In this document: piece after piece, positions 31,681-43,174 of the stretch
Numbering within the stretch: position 1 is the first letter of the stretch
How the letters are laid out: each line of letters begins with the position of its first letter
DNA from: Phycisphaeraceae bacterium
Lineage (GTDB): Bacteria; Planctomycetota; Phycisphaerae; Phycisphaerales; Zrk34
Assembly (NCBI GenBank): GCA_040905565.1
Contig: JBBDRF010000012.1
Location: forward strand, 64,001 to 128,000
Reading direction: 5' to 3'
Length of the DNA: 64,000 bases
Program-made: the position numbers and the translations under genes
Notes under the pieces: model-generated
Told to the model about the DNA's origin: nothing
Database searches by the model: none
The model's input: the letters and a program-made list of their open reading frames with translations, nothing else

Positions 31681-33093
31681 TTATTGTGGTGAGTGAAGCG
31701 TTGGGGCGGCGGCGTCGACGGTGCGCATGAGCGGAAGCGCCAAGGCGGCTGCGATCAAGGCGGCGAGAATCAGGGCGGTGTAGGCCCGGCCATCGATGAT
31801 GCCCGTCAGCAACAGAAGCAGAATGATGGCGATCGGCGTGGCCGACCCGCCCGCGAGCGCCGCTCCTGATTTCAACCCAGTCGACCAGGGCAGATTTGAT
31901 CCCCGTCCTGCCAGTAGCGCCCCAAGCGCCTTTCCGTCGCCGAATGCGATGAGCACCGCAAGCAGCAGCAGCCAATCGAAATCCACAAGCAGATGCACGT
32001 GAACCCCCGCCAGCGCCATCAGCATGGGGGAGAATAAAGCGGCGGCTGGACGATCGCTCTGACCGGCAAGCGTGGCGTGAGCGTTGTGCGAACGTCGCAA
32101 AGCCGTCGCCACCACAAACAGCGCCAGCGCCACCGTCGCAAGCGTCGGGCCGACGATCGCAAGACCCAGCAGCGTCGTCACAACCAAGGCGAAGCCCACC
32201 AAGGCAGCGGGCGTGCGGGAACCGTCGCTGGTGGGTGCGATGAACCGGTCGGTCACCGCGTCAACGATGGGGCCGACTCCGAAGGCAATCACCACCACCG
32301 CAAGCACCGCCGCCGTCAGGAGAAGATAGTCGGAGCCGCCGTCGTCCATCGGCCCCGCAAGCACGGCGATGACGGCGAGCAAAACGAACGTGACACACCA
32401 CGCGCTGATCTGCAGCAGCGGCGCATCGAGGTCACGACCGCCCGGCTTCTGCAGCAGCAGCGGGGGGATGGGCGCAGCGGAGGCGGCGCAGCCGATGGCG
32501 ATTCCGGCGATCCACAGGGCAGGGGCTTCGAACCATCCAAACCAGGCCAGCAAGGTGACCAGCACCGCTGCGGTGATTGCTGCGAGTGAACCGCTGCCGA
32601 TGGCGATGGTGGCCGCCGTGGGCAAACGTGGTCGCCACGCGCCCAGATTCGAAACACCTCGGGTTGCGGAGAGCATGACGAATGCGATGCCCGCCATCGC
32701 CACGATCAACAGTGTCTGATCCTGTGGGCCCCGGGCCTGCTCCAGTTCCGCACGCATCCGCTCAAGCTCACGCGCGACGACGGCATCGTGCTCCTCAACA
32801 GCGACCTCCGTGACGCCGGTCTGCACCAGCGCCTCGCGAGCCTCACGAGCCTGTTCCTCGAAGGCCTGGATCTGTTGCAGTTGTTCGCCTCCGCCCACGA
32901 AAAGGAAACGGTAAGCGTCCGGGGCAAGTTCGCCCAGCACCGAAGGCCCCAGCAGGATGCCCGCCAGCACCGCGCCGATCAGCGGCGCGGTACCGATTCG
33001 ACCGGCTGCCCATGCGCCGACCAGTCCAGCCGCACCCAAAACTAGCGCCTGGGTCAATACCAATACCCACAGGGTTGGTTCTACCATAGTCAT
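31681..33093 (-). CDS. Cation:proton antiporter family protein (divergent)
   Basis: IGAVLAGILLGPSVLG N-terminal CPA2 motif, many TM segments, FSPMLMALAG, GKALG. Confidence 0.7.
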   Translation of the reverse strand: MTMVEPTLWVLVLTQALVLGAAGLVGAWAAGRIGTAPLIGAVLAGILLGPSVLGELAPDAYRFLFVGGGEQLQQIQAFEEQAREAREALVQTGVTEVAVEEHDAVVARELERMRAELEQARGPQDQTLLIVAMAGIAFVMLSATRGVSNLGAWRPRLPTAATIAIGSGSLAAITAAVLVTLLAWFGWFEAPALWIAGIAIGCAASAAPIPPLLLQKPGGRDLDAPLLQISAWCVTFVLLAVIAVLAGPMDDGGSDYLLLTAAVLAVVVIAFGVGPIVDAVTDRFIAPTSDGSRTPAALVGFALVVTTLLGLAIVGPTLATVALALFVVATALRRSHNAHATLAGQSDRPAAALFSPMLMALAGVHVHLLVDFDWLLLLAVLIAFGDGKALGALLAGRGSNLPWSTGLKSGAALAGGSATPIAIILLLLLTGIIDGRAYTALILAALIAAALALPLMRTVDAAAPTLHSPQ

Positions 33094-33222
33094 ACGTTAG
33101 CGTTGCCGCCGTCACGGGCAACCATCGCGCCTGCACCGGGTCTAGAGCGTTCGACCGTGATAGACTATGGCGGCGTCGGGGGGATGAGCTATGAACGAGT
33201 GAATCCTGAAGAGGTTGCGAAG

Positions 33223-34392
33223 ATGACGAAGAAACGAATCATGGCGTCGCTGGCACTGTTGATGGCGACAGCGGGCGTGTTACTGGGACCGGCGGATCGT
33301 GCCTCGGCCGTCGGCGCGAGTGACGCTTACCGCGAGAAAGCCGAGCAGGCGATCGAAGCGGGCCTGCAATACCTACGCAGTCAGCAGAACGAGGAGGGCA
33401 CCTGGTCGCCCGAGGCCGGTCCCGCCGTCACCGCGCTCGCCGTGGCGGGCATGGTGCGTCAGCCGGGCATTGAACTGGATGATCCCATGGTCGCCAGCGG
33501 TCTGGATTACGTCCTCGCCAGGCAGAAAGAGGACGGCGGCATCTACGACCAGATCCTTGCTAACTACAACACCTCCATCTCGCTCATGGCCCTCGGCCCG
33601 ATTCAACATCAGGATGAGCGCATCGCTGCGTCGGTCGTCAAAGCGCAGGACTTCCTGAGAGCTTTGCAGTGGGCGGACGCCCATACTGACCCCGATGGCG
33701 AGACCATCACCGAAGGCCACCCTTGGTTCGGCGGCGCGGGCTACGGCGGGCACGGTCGCCCCGACCTTTCCAACACGGCCATGATGATCGCTGGGCTCAA
33801 CGATTCGGGGCTCGATTGTGACGATCCCGCATTTCAGCGTGCCATGAACTTCGTCTCGATGCTTCAGGGCACCGAAAGCAACACCACCGAAATCGGCGAA
33901 AAGATCGAGCGCGACGGCGGCTTCGTCTACGCCACCTCCACCAACAGTGAGAACATCGGCGAGCCTCAAAGCATGGCCGGTGAAAGTGAAGATGAGTTCG
34001 ACCGCTCGCGGCTGCGGACTTACGGCTCCATGACCTATGCCGGGTTCATGAGCTATCTCTACGCGGAACTCGATCGAGATGATCCACGTGTGCAGGATGC
34101 CTACAACTGGATTCGTCAGAACTACACGCTTGAAGAGAACCCCGGCATGGGCATGCAGGGTTACTTCTATTATCTGCACCTTTTCTCTCGCGCCATGGCG
34201 GCATGGGGCGAGCCGACCATCGAAACGACCGACGGCGAGGAGCACCTCTGGGCTCACGACCTGATCGATCGGCTGCTTGAGCTTCAGAATGACGACGGCT
34301 CATGGAACAATGCTGCCGACCGGTGGATGGAAGACGATCCCGCGCTCTGCACCGCCTACGCGGTTCTGGCACTGCAGTACGCCCTCCAGTAA
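33223..34392 (+). CDS. Exported prenyltransferase/squalene-oxidase (QW-type) repeat protein
   Basis: Signal peptide; YLRSQQNEEGTW, LARQKEDGGI, LLELQNDDGSW repeats; RPDLSNT; YGSMTYAG. Confidence 0.8.
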   Translation: MTKKRIMASLALLMATAGVLLGPADRASAVGASDAYREKAEQAIEAGLQYLRSQQNEEGTWSPEAGPAVTALAVAGMVRQPGIELDDPMVASGLDYVLARQKEDGGIYDQILANYNTSISLMALGPIQHQDERIAASVVKAQDFLRALQWADAHTDPDGETITEGHPWFGGAGYGGHGRPDLSNTAMMIAGLNDSGLDCDDPAFQRAMNFVSMLQGTESNTTEIGEKIERDGGFVYATSTNSENIGEPQSMAGESEDEFDRSRLRTYGSMTYAGFMSYLYAELDRDDPRVQDAYNWIRQNYTLEENPGMGMQGYFYYLHLFSRAMAAWGEPTIETTDGEEHLWAHDLIDRLLELQNDDGSWNNAADRWMEDDPALCTAYAVLALQYALQ

Positions 34393-34556
34393 TCGCTCGT
34401 TGCCTCCGGCGCGATCCGCACCACCTCGTGAGCAGACGCGGCGGGATCGTGCCGGGCGGCGAACGACAACGGAGCGGCGTATCATCCCCGAGGCGGGAAC
34501 TCAGCGGGTCGCCGGGGGGCAAAGGGGGGGGGCATGGGGTCGAGGAGCGGCCTTCC

Positions 34557-36455
34557 ATGAAATCGTCAATCTGGTATCGCTTGGCGGCGAGCGGCTTGGT
34601 GGCCTTGATGGCTTTTTCGCTGACGCTCCTCGCATTCGTTCAGATGCGGTCAGCCGACCGCGAAAGGGTGCGCGCCGAATTCTCCAATCAGGCGGAGAAG
34701 CAGGTGGTGGCGATCGAGCATGAGTTGCAGCAGAACGTCGAGCGCATTCAAGGCCTCGCCGACACGATCCGCGTGGTGCATCCACAATTCGCAGCCGAAC
34801 AGTTCGAGCGTTACGCCGACCTGATGCTTACGCGACAACCGACGTTGTTCTGGCTTTGCTGGACCGAGTGGGTTGCTGACGATGAGCGTGAGGCGGTGCT
34901 GCAGGCGATCCAGGAAGATGGTTACGCCGTGCGCGAACTTGTCAGTGTCGGGCCGGACGGGGAAGCGATGCGGGCGCCGGAACGTGACCATTACCTGGTC
35001 GTTCGACACGTTGCCCCGGAAGCGTTCGGAGGGATGTTCGTCGGCTTGGATCTGATGTCCTCGCCCGACCGCCGCGAGACGATCGAGCGCGCCATCGAGA
35101 CTGGAGAACTGGCCGCGACCGGGGCGCTGGAACTTGCCACCTCACCCGAAGGTGGGCCCGGGGTCCTGCTATTCGTCCCGATCTATGCGACCACTGAGGT
35201 ACCGGCGACGGAAGAAGACCGACGGGAGAATTTTCGCGGTGCGGTCACATTCGGCTTCCGCATTGCTTTGTCACACGGCCGACACCTGACCGACTCACTG
35301 TCCTGGGCGCGGCAGCCGTCGTTCCGCACCGTCGTGTACGACACTGACAGACGCGGCCGACGCCACATCCTTTACGATTCGCACGCGCCAGAAGAGGGCG
35401 GACCGGTTGACCTCCAGCAGCTCAAACAGCATCCGCTGGCGACGGAGGATTGGGTCGAGGTCGGCGGGCAGCGCTGGGAGATTGTCTCCGCACCTGCTGA
35501 GGGTTTTGAGCTGGCCTGGCGGCGGGCGCGGGCGCCGTGGGTGGCGCTCGGCCTTGGGACCACCGTCTCGCTGCTGCTGATGGTGCTGACGGCGATGTAT
35601 CTCCGCGACTACGCACGCACCCGCGCCTTTGCCGATGAGCGGGCAGCGACCGCCGCCGAACTCGAGCAGACCAACGCCCGATTGCAGGAAACCAACGAGG
35701 AGATGGAAAAGTTCGTCTCCGCCGTCTCCCATGATCTGAAGAACCCGCTCGTGGGGATCCAGTGGCTGAGCCGCTCGGCGCGGGGCGCAGCCGATCAGCG
35801 TGATGTGCAGGCCATGCACCGGGCTGTCGACGGGCTCGATCAGGCGGCGCAGACGATGCGGCGAATCATCGACGATCTGCTCTCGCACAGCCGAGCAGGC
35901 TACGCGGCTTTCAACGAGGAGCTGGTCGATGTCGACGCGCTCGTGCGTGAGATTCTCGCCAATCATGCTTCGGAAATGGAGCGGCGCGGCATGCACGCTC
36001 AGGTCGACACGCCGCTGCCGACCATCCGCGGCGATCGGGCAAGGTTGACCGCCATGTTCGAAAACCTTATCGCCAACGCGTGGAAATACGGCGTCCCGTC
36101 TGACAGCAGCCGTCCACCCGAAGTGCATATCGGCTGCGAAGCGACACCGACGAGCAACTTGCAGCCTCCGACCGCTCGCTTCTACGTGCGGGATAACGGA
36201 CCCGGCGTTCCCGAGGAGGCACGCGATCGCGTGTTCGGCATGTTCGAACGCTTCTCCACCGATGACGAAGGCACCGGCCTTGGCCTTGCGATCGTGGCGA
36301 GGGCAGCGAAAACGCATGGCGGTCGCGCATGGATCGAATCTTCACCGGGTGGTGGGGCGACGTTCTGGGTTGAAGTTGCCGTTGCGCCCGAAGATGCCGC
36401 CGACGGACTGACCGTTTGCGACCCCCAGCCGCCGCGCGACAAGCCCAGGCCATAG
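34557..36455 (+). CDS. CHASE-domain sensor histidine kinase
   Basis: Two TM segments around a CHASE-like region (GLDLMS..RRETIERA); VSHDLKNPL H-box; NLIANAWKY; DNGPG; GTGLGLAI. Confidence 0.88.
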   Translation: MKSSIWYRLAASGLVALMAFSLTLLAFVQMRSADRERVRAEFSNQAEKQVVAIEHELQQNVERIQGLADTIRVVHPQFAAEQFERYADLMLTRQPTLFWLCWTEWVADDEREAVLQAIQEDGYAVRELVSVGPDGEAMRAPERDHYLVVRHVAPEAFGGMFVGLDLMSSPDRRETIERAIETGELAATGALELATSPEGGPGVLLFVPIYATTEVPATEEDRRENFRGAVTFGFRIALSHGRHLTDSLSWARQPSFRTVVYDTDRRGRRHILYDSHAPEEGGPVDLQQLKQHPLATEDWVEVGGQRWEIVSAPAEGFELAWRRARAPWVALGLGTTVSLLLMVLTAMYLRDYARTRAFADERAATAAELEQTNARLQETNEEMEKFVSAVSHDLKNPLVGIQWLSRSARGAADQRDVQAMHRAVDGLDQAAQTMRRIIDDLLSHSRAGYAAFNEELVDVDALVREILANHASEMERRGMHAQVDTPLPTIRGDRARLTAMFENLIANAWKYGVPSDSSRPPEVHIGCEATPTSNLQPPTARFYVRDNGPGVPEEARDRVFGMFERFSTDDEGTGLGLAIVARAAKTHGGRAWIESSPGGGATFWVEVAVAPEDAADGLTVCDPQPPRDKPRP

Positions 36456-36527
36456 CCGCATCCAAATCTATTTTACAGCCTGTTGAACCCCGCGATTCGA
36501 TACGACGTATGTATAATTGTGAATACG

Positions 36528-36890
36528 ATGAATTCTCAAATGATTCAGCGCGTGGTAGCCCGGCTCTCGGCCATGGCCGAGGAGACACGTCTTCGCATCA
36601 TGCTGCGGCTTCGCGACGGCGAATGTGATGTCTCCACATTGGCGCAAGAACTGGATGTCGCGCAGGCCTCGATCTCACGGCACCTGGCGGTCCTGAAGCA
36701 GGTCGGGCTCGTCAGCGTTGAGCGTCACGGGCGCCACGCCGTTTGCCGCGTGGCCGACGAATCGATCTACGAGATTTGTGCCCATGTCTGCGACGGCGTA
36801 CGTCGCCATGTGGCGCGGGAACAGGAAGCGGTGGGGCTGAAGCCTCGCAGGCGTCAACCAGTCAAGCGATCAGGAAAGGCAGGAAAATGA
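36528..36890 (+). CDS. ArsR/SmtB-family transcriptional regulator
   Basis: ETRLRIMLRL, SISRHLAVLKQVGLV; Cys residues in ECDV and ICAHVC. Confidence 0.88.
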   Translation: MNSQMIQRVVARLSAMAEETRLRIMLRLRDGECDVSTLAQELDVAQASISRHLAVLKQVGLVSVERHGRHAVCRVADESIYEICAHVCDGVRRHVAREQEAVGLKPRRRQPVKRSGKAGK

Positions 36891-37450
36891 TGAGCGAACA
36901 GCGCACGATTTCACCGCAGGAAGTAGCGGAGCGGCAGGCCCGGGGCGAGGACGTAAATTTGATCGATGTGCGTACGCCGATGGAGTACACGCTGGTGCAT
37001 GCGCAGGGCGCTCGGCTGATGCCGCTGGATGAACTGGATCCAGACGCCGTGATGAGCAGCCACACCGGCGACGGACCGGCGTACGTGATCTGCCGAACCG
37101 GGTCGCGTGCTGCCAAAGCCTGCGAGAAGCTGCAGGCGGCGGGCTACAAAAACGTCGTCAACGTCGCCGGCGGCACCGAGGCATGGGAGCAGGCCGGGCT
37201 ACCGGTGGCGCGTGAGCGGACCGGCATTTCGCTGGAGCGGCAGGTACGCATCGCGGCCGGCTCGCTGGTGCTGGTAGGCGTGATCCTCGGCGTGCTGGTG
37301 CACCCCGGATTTCACGGCCTCAGCGCGTTCGTCGGGGCCGGGCTCGTCTTCGCCGGCGTCACCGATACGTGCGGCATGGGGCTGATGCTGGCACGCATGC
37401 CGTGGAACCGCACCCGGTTAACCGAGAACCCTGCCGCTTGCGCTCGATAG
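36887..37450 (+). CDS. Rhodanese domain + DUF2892 membrane protein (YgaP-like)
   Basis: IDVRTPMEY, active-site CRTGSR, GGTEAW, LERQVRIAAG, GVTDTCGM; ATGA overlap with ArsR. Confidence 0.88.
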   Translation: MMSEQRTISPQEVAERQARGEDVNLIDVRTPMEYTLVHAQGARLMPLDELDPDAVMSSHTGDGPAYVICRTGSRAAKACEKLQAAGYKNVVNVAGGTEAWEQAGLPVARERTGISLERQVRIAAGSLVLVGVILGVLVHPGFHGLSAFVGAGLVFAGVTDTCGMGLMLARMPWNRTRLTENPAACAR

Positions 37451-37530
37451 TGCGTCACAGACTTTAGCACGTGTGCCATTCGTCATCGGGCGATTCGTCG
37501 GCTATGAATCTCTGGTGGAGGAGGTGCACC

Positions 37531-38583
37531 GTGGCGGACGTGACCAGCATCCTTGGCGACGAAGCGGAAGCACTGCTCAACTACCGGGCCAGAGGGTTTT
37601 CGCAGGAGAAACTGCATCTGCCCGGCCCGGATTTCGTGGACCGGGTGATGACGCCCTCTGACCGCAAGCCGGCGGTGATGCGGAATTTTCAGCAGATGCT
37701 CGACCACGGTCGGCTTGCGGACACCGGCTACGTTTCCATTCTCCCCGTCGATCAGGGCATCGAACATTCCGCTGGCGCCAGCTTCGCCCCGAACCCGCTG
37801 TTCTTCGATCCGGCCAACATCGCCGAACTGGCGATGGAAGGTGGCTGCAATGCCGTTGCGTCGAGCATCGGTGTGCTGGGGGCCGTGGCGCGACGCTACG
37901 CCCATCGCATTCCCTTCATCGCCAAGCTCAACCACAACGAACTGCTCAGCTATCCCAACACGCATGACCAGATTCCCTTCGGCGACGTGCAGCAGGCCTT
38001 CGAGATGGGGGCGGTCGCCGTTGGCGCCACGATCTACTTCGGCTCACCCGAATCGCGTCGACAAATCCAGGAAGTCTCCGCAGCCTTCGCCCGCGCCCAC
38101 GAGCTTGGGATGTTCACCGTGCTTTGGTGCTATCTCCGCAACCCCGCCTTTGCCACCGACGATGGCGACTACCACACTGCGGCGGACCTGACCGGGCAGG
38201 CGAACCATCTGGGCGTGACGATTCAGGCGGACATGATCAAGCAGAAGCCGCCGACGAACAACGGCGGGTACAAAGCGGTCAACTTCGGTAAGACCGACGA
38301 CCGGGTCTACAGCACCTTGACGCCGGACGATCACCCCATTGAGTTGACGCGATACCAGGTCGTCAACTGTTACATGGGCCGCTCACCGCTGATCAACTCC
38401 GGCGGCGCGGTGGGCGGCAACGATCTGCGCACCGCGGTCCGCACGGCGGTGATCAACAAGCGGGCCGGCGGCGTGGGGCTCATCTCCGGTCGCAAAGCCT
38501 TCCAACGCGAATTCAGCGAAGGCGTCGCTCTCCTTCACGCGATTCAGGACGTGTACCGCGACGCGGCCGTCACGATCGCCTGA
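37531..38583 (+). CDS. fbaB: Class I fructose-bisphosphate aldolase (DhnA type)
   Basis: [55 protein letters not shown] then GTG start. Confidence 0.93.
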   Translation: MADVTSILGDEAEALLNYRARGFSQEKLHLPGPDFVDRVMTPSDRKPAVMRNFQQMLDHGRLADTGYVSILPVDQGIEHSAGASFAPNPLFFDPANIAELAMEGGCNAVASSIGVLGAVARRYAHRIPFIAKLNHNELLSYPNTHDQIPFGDVQQAFEMGAVAVGATIYFGSPESRRQIQEVSAAFARAHELGMFTVLWCYLRNPAFATDDGDYHTAADLTGQANHLGVTIQADMIKQKPPTNNGGYKAVNFGKTDDRVYSTLTPDDHPIELTRYQVVNCYMGRSPLINSGGAVGGNDLRTAVRTAVINKRAGGVGLISGRKAFQREFSEGVALLHAIQDVYRDAAVTIA

Positions 38584-38692
38584 TGTCCTTTACCCTTCAG
38601 AAGCGACGGCCCTGCGCCTGCGCACCGCCCAATGCCCCATGCCGCATCCCGGCCTGATATCATGACGGCGTCGCTCCGATCGGATTTTCACG

Positions 38693-39439
38693 ATGCCCGA
38701 TTCAGCACCTGATGCGATCGATCCTCATGCGCCGCCTCGGCCGGTCTTCCAGGCGAGCGGCTTGACCAAAATCTACACCATGGGCGAGGTTCAGGTTCAT
38801 GCGCTGCGTGGCGTGGATCTTGAGCTCTACGCCCACGAGTTCGTCGTCCTGCTTGGCGCATCGGGCAGCGGGAAGTCGACCCTGCTGAATATCCTCGGCG
38901 GGCTCGACGTGCCCACCGCCGGTCGCGTGGCCTATCTTGATGATGAACTGACCAGCTACGACGATGCACGCCTCACGAAGTTTCGGCGGGACCATGTCGG
39001 CTTTGTCTTCCAATTTTACAACCTGATTCCCTCGCTGACCGCCCGCGAGAACGTGGCCCTGGTCACCGAGATCGCAGCCGATCCCATGACGCCCGAAGAG
39101 GCGCTCGCGCTGGTGAACCTCACCGACCGCCTGGACCACTTCCCATCGCAGATGTCCGGCGGTGAACAGCAGCGCGTCGCCATCGCCCGCGCCATCGCCA
39201 AGCGGCCCGACGTGCTGCTTTGTGATGAGCCGACAGGCGCCCTCGATGTCCGCACCGGCGTCGTCGTGCTTGAAGCCATCGAGCGGATCAACCAGACGCT
39301 CGGTACCACCACGGCGGTCATCACACACAACGCCACCATCGCGGGAATGGCTGATCGCGTGGTGTCTTTATCCGACGGCCGGGTGGCGGATATCCATCGC
39401 AATACCAGCCGGGTCCCCGCACGCAGCCTTTCGTGGTAG
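38693..39439 (+). CDS. ABC transporter ATP-binding protein (LolD/MacB type)
   Basis: [37 protein letters not shown]. Confidence 0.92.
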   Translation: MPDSAPDAIDPHAPPRPVFQASGLTKIYTMGEVQVHALRGVDLELYAHEFVVLLGASGSGKSTLLNILGGLDVPTAGRVAYLDDELTSYDDARLTKFRRDHVGFVFQFYNLIPSLTARENVALVTEIAADPMTPEEALALVNLTDRLDHFPSQMSGGEQQRVAIARAIAKRPDVLLCDEPTGALDVRTGVVVLEAIERINQTLGTTTAVITHNATIAGMADRVVSLSDGRVADIHRNTSRVPARSLSW

Positions 39440-39445
39440 TCGCGC

Positions 39446-41809
39446 ATGAGATCACTCGATCGCAAACTCCTGCGCGACCTCCTCGGGATGAAGGCCCAGT
39501 TGTTCGCGATCTCCATGGTGATCGCGGCGGGCATCGCCATGCTCGTCATGAGCGTCTCGACACTGGAGACGTTGGTGCGCGCCCAGCAAGCTTATTACGA
39601 ACGCTATCGATTTGCCGAGGTGTTCACGCAGCTGGTGCGTGCATCTCGACCGGTCGCCGATCGCATCGCAGAGATCCCGGGTGTTCAGCGTGTGCAGATG
39701 CGCACGGTGGTTGACGTCACGCTCGACATGCCCGGCTTGCCCGAGCCCGCGACCGGGCGTCTGATCTCCGTCCCCGAGAACAGTCGCCCGATCCTGAACG
39801 ACCTTCACATTCGTCGGGGCCGATACGTGCAGCCCGGTGGACGCAATGAGGCACTGGTCTCCGAGGCCTTCGCCGAGGCGCACGAGTTGGAGGTGAACGA
39901 CAGCGTCACGGCCATCATCAACGGTCGCCTGACCGACCTGCGCATCGTGGGCATCGCCCTCTCTCCGGAGTACATCTACGAGGTGCAGCCGGGCGCGATC
40001 ATGCCTGACAACCGGCGTTTCGGCGTCTTCTGGATGTCCGAGCAGGCGCTCCAGGCCGGCTACGACATGGAAGGGGCCTTCAATCACGTCGCTCTCACGC
40101 TGGGGCCAAGGGCCTCGGAGGCGGAGGTCATCAGCCGACTCGATCGTCTGCTCGAACCGTACGGCGGGCTCGGCGCGTACGGCCGGGACGAGCAACTCTC
40201 GCACCGGTTCATCAGTGACGAGATGCAGCAGCTGCGGGTGATGTCGATCGTGCCGCCGGCGATCTTCCTTGCCGTGGCGGCCTTCCTGGTGAACGTGGTG
40301 CTCTCGCGGACCATCAGCCTGCAGCGCGAGCAGATCGCCACGCTGAAGGCGTTCGGGTACACGAAGCTTGAGATCGCCGCGCACTACCTCAAGCTGGTCG
40401 CGGTGATCGCCACGATCGGCGTTGCGCTTGGCGCGGCGGCGGGGGGGTACCTGGGCACGGGGTTAACTGAACTGTATGCCCAGTTCTTTCGGTTCCCGGA
40501 GTTCACGTTTCGCCTCTCGTGGAGCGTGGTGGGGTTGTCGCTGCTGCTGACTTTTGCCGTGTGCGTGGTGGCCGTGCTTCATGCGGTACGGGCGGCGGTG
40601 AATCTGCCGCCCGCCGAGGCGATGCAGCCCCAGCCGCCGCCGACGTATCGGCCGACGCTCATCGAGAGGCTCGGACTTCAGCGACTGTTCTCACAGCCGG
40701 CCCGCATGATTCTGCGCCGCCTCGAGCGTCGACCGCTCCGCGCCGCCTTGTCAACGCTCGGCATTTCCCTCGCGGCAGCCGTGCTGGTCGTGTCCAACTT
40801 CTCGCTTGATGCGGTGAACTATGTGCTGGATTTCCAGTTCAACGTCACCCAGCGGCAGGACGTGAACGTTGCCTTCATCGAACCACGCTCGCGTCGCGCC
40901 CTGCATGAGATTCGCAACCTGCCGGGCGTGATGCATGCCGAGCCGATCCGAACGGTGCCGGTCAGGCTTCGACACAGGCATCGCCATCGCACAGTCACGA
41001 TTGAGGGGCTGCCGCCGGACGCCACGCTTCGCCGGCTTTTCGATCAGAACGTCCGTCCGATTGCGCTGCCGCCGCGGGGGCTGGTCATCTCCGACAGTCT
41101 GGCGCAGCTGTTAGATGCGGGCGCGGGCGACGAGCTGATTGTTGAGGTGCTTGAAGCCGATCGCCCGACGCGAACGGTCGTCGTCGCCGCGGTTACCGAG
41201 GAGTTTCTCGGGTTGGGTGCGTACATGGATATCGACGCGCTGAACCGTCTGATGCGTGAAGGCTCGTTGCTGTCCGGTGCGTTCTTGCAGGTCGACCAGC
41301 AGCAGCGAACGGCCCTGTTCGAAGCCCTGCGGGACATGCCGAATGTTGCTGCGGTGAACGTGAAGGATGCGGCGATTCTCGCTTTCGAAGAACAAGTCGC
41401 ACAGACGCTGCTGCTGATGCGTAGCTTCACGATCGGCTTCGCAGCCGTCATCGCCATCGGCGTCGTCTACAACTCAGCCCGGGTCACCCTGTCCGAGCGA
41501 TCACGTGAACTCGCTTCGATGCGGGTCCTTGGCTTCACGCGCGGCGAGGTCGCCTTCATCCTGCTTGGCGAAATGGCGATCCTGACAGGACTGGCGATTC
41601 CGATCGGGCTTGCGATCGGCTACGGTCTTGCTGCAGCAACGACAGCCAGTCTCGCCACCGAAACGCTTCGCATCCCTACCATCGTCGCGCCACAGACCTA
41701 TGCACTGGCGACCATCACGGTTCTGGTCGCCTCGGTCATCTCCGCCCAACTCGTGCGTCGAAGGCTTGACCGGATCGACCTCGTGGCCGTGCTGAAATCG
41801 CGCGAATAG
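39446..41809 (+). CDS. ABC permease with duplicated FtsX-like domains
   Basis: [10 protein letters not shown] and [11 protein letters not shown]tsX motifs; SPEYIY. Confidence 0.88.
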   Translation: MRSLDRKLLRDLLGMKAQLFAISMVIAAGIAMLVMSVSTLETLVRAQQAYYERYRFAEVFTQLVRASRPVADRIAEIPGVQRVQMRTVVDVTLDMPGLPEPATGRLISVPENSRPILNDLHIRRGRYVQPGGRNEALVSEAFAEAHELEVNDSVTAIINGRLTDLRIVGIALSPEYIYEVQPGAIMPDNRRFGVFWMSEQALQAGYDMEGAFNHVALTLGPRASEAEVISRLDRLLEPYGGLGAYGRDEQLSHRFISDEMQQLRVMSIVPPAIFLAVAAFLVNVVLSRTISLQREQIATLKAFGYTKLEIAAHYLKLVAVIATIGVALGAAAGGYLGTGLTELYAQFFRFPEFTFRLSWSVVGLSLLLTFAVCVVAVLHAVRAAVNLPPAEAMQPQPPPTYRPTLIERLGLQRLFSQPARMILRRLERRPLRAALSTLGISLAAAVLVVSNFSLDAVNYVLDFQFNVTQRQDVNVAFIEPRSRRALHEIRNLPGVMHAEPIRTVPVRLRHRHRHRTVTIEGLPPDATLRRLFDQNVRPIALPPRGLVISDSLAQLLDAGAGDELIVEVLEADRPTRTVVVAAVTEEFLGLGAYMDIDALNRLMREGSLLSGAFLQVDQQQRTALFEALRDMPNVAAVNVKDAAILAFEEQVAQTLLLMRSFTIGFAAVIAIGVVYNSARVTLSERSRELASMRVLGFTRGEVAFILLGEMAILTGLAIPIGLAIGYGLAAATTASLATETLRIPTIVAPQTYALATITVLVASVISAQLVRRRLDRIDLVAVLKSRE

Positions 41810-41852
41810 TACCCGCCGCCGTCTGATGTGAAAGTGTTGTAAAGTAGCATTC

Positions 41853-43055
41853 ATGCGTCGTAGCGTTCTCAATCGCGTGGCTCTGATCGTCGTCGTTCTG
41901 CTTGTGCTCGCGGCGATCGTCTACGCTTTTCTACCTCAACCGATCGAGGTGGACATGGCTGCGGTGGCGCGGGGCCCGTTGCAGGTGGCGGTGGACGAAG
42001 ATGGCCGCACACGCCTCCGCGATCGCTACGTTGTTTCCGCACCGCTGGCCGGCCAGATGCAACGCGTTGAGCTGGAGGCGGGTGACGTGGTCGAAGCCGG
42101 CGATCTGCTTGTGGTGATTGAGCCGACGGATCCGGCCCTGCTTGATCCGCGTGATCGGGAGGCGGCGCAGGCACAGGTCCGGACGGCGGAAGTCGGCGTC
42201 CGCCGCGCCGAAACAGCTGTATCACAGGCGGAGGCTCGGCTGGCGCTGGCGGAGAGCGAGCTGACGCGCATCCGTCAGATGTATGATCGCGATGCTGCCA
42301 CGCCGCACGAACTGGACCAGGCAGAGCTGACTCGGGAGATCCGTGAGCACGAACGTGACGCGGCAGAGTTCGGCGTTGACGTGGCTAGATTCGAGCTTGA
42401 ACTTGCCGAGGCGGCGCTGATCAGGACAACGCCCGATGGTGAGATGACCGAAAATTTGGAGATCCACGCCCCCGTGGCCGGGCGGGTCCTGCAGGTGCAG
42501 CAGGAATCGGCGACGGTCGTCACGCCGGGGCAGCCGATCCTCGAACTCGGTGATCCGAACCAGTTGGAACTGGAGATCGACGTGCTCTCAACCGACGCAG
42601 TCCGCATCGCGCCGGGCGCGGAAGCTTACGTCGAGCATTGGGGTGGTGACGATACCCTTCACGCCGTCGTGCGTCGGATTGAACCACAAGCGTTCACGGA
42701 TATCTCCGCACTCGGCGTCGAGGAGCAACGCGTGAATGTCATCCTCGACTTTACGAGCCCGCCGGACCAATGGGAGCGGCTGGGCGATGGTTACCGCGTC
42801 GAAGCCCGCATCGTGACGTGGCAAGAGGCGGACGTACTCAAAGCGCCCACCAGCGCGCTGTTCCGGGACGAAGACCAGTGGGCGGTCTTCCGTGTGGTTG
42901 ATGGTCGCGCACAGCTTCAGCCGGTGACGACGGGGCGATCAACGGGGCTGGAAACGCAGATCGTGGAAGGCCTGAACCAGGGCGACGTGCTGATCGCCCA
43001 CCCCTCTGACCGCGTCGCCGACGGCGCTGCGGTCGTTCCCCGAAACGCCGATTGA
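41853..43055 (+). CDS. Periplasmic adaptor / membrane fusion protein
   Basis: N-terminal TM, lipoyl-like SAPLAG and APVAGRVL, coiled coil, SALGVEEQRV. Confidence 0.88.
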   Translation: MRRSVLNRVALIVVVLLVLAAIVYAFLPQPIEVDMAAVARGPLQVAVDEDGRTRLRDRYVVSAPLAGQMQRVELEAGDVVEAGDLLVVIEPTDPALLDPRDREAAQAQVRTAEVGVRRAETAVSQAEARLALAESELTRIRQMYDRDAATPHELDQAELTREIREHERDAAEFGVDVARFELELAEAALIRTTPDGEMTENLEIHAPVAGRVLQVQQESATVVTPGQPILELGDPNQLELEIDVLSTDAVRIAPGAEAYVEHWGGDDTLHAVVRRIEPQAFTDISALGVEEQRVNVILDFTSPPDQWERLGDGYRVEARIVTWQEADVLKAPTSALFRDEDQWAVFRVVDGRAQLQPVTTGRSTGLETQIVEGLNQGDVLIAHPSDRVADGAAVVPRNAD

Positions 43056-43174
43056 ACGCTACCCGCCTGCTGACCGAATCCATGCGAAGATCGCTGCCAT
43101 CGCCACGAACACTGCCCCCACTGCCGTCGCCAATCGCCGGGCCATTAGATGCTGCACGCTTCACTCCTCGTGAT

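Noticed and set aside
33223..34392. Squalene-hopene cyclase or terpene biosynthetic cluster
   Set aside because: Single barrel, has a signal peptide, no DxDD motif and no biosynthetic neighbours.
36150..36175. TSNLQPPT insert in the kinase ATPase domain resembling a translated heptamer repeat
   Set aside because: The underlying DNA is not periodic and the segment is too short to support.
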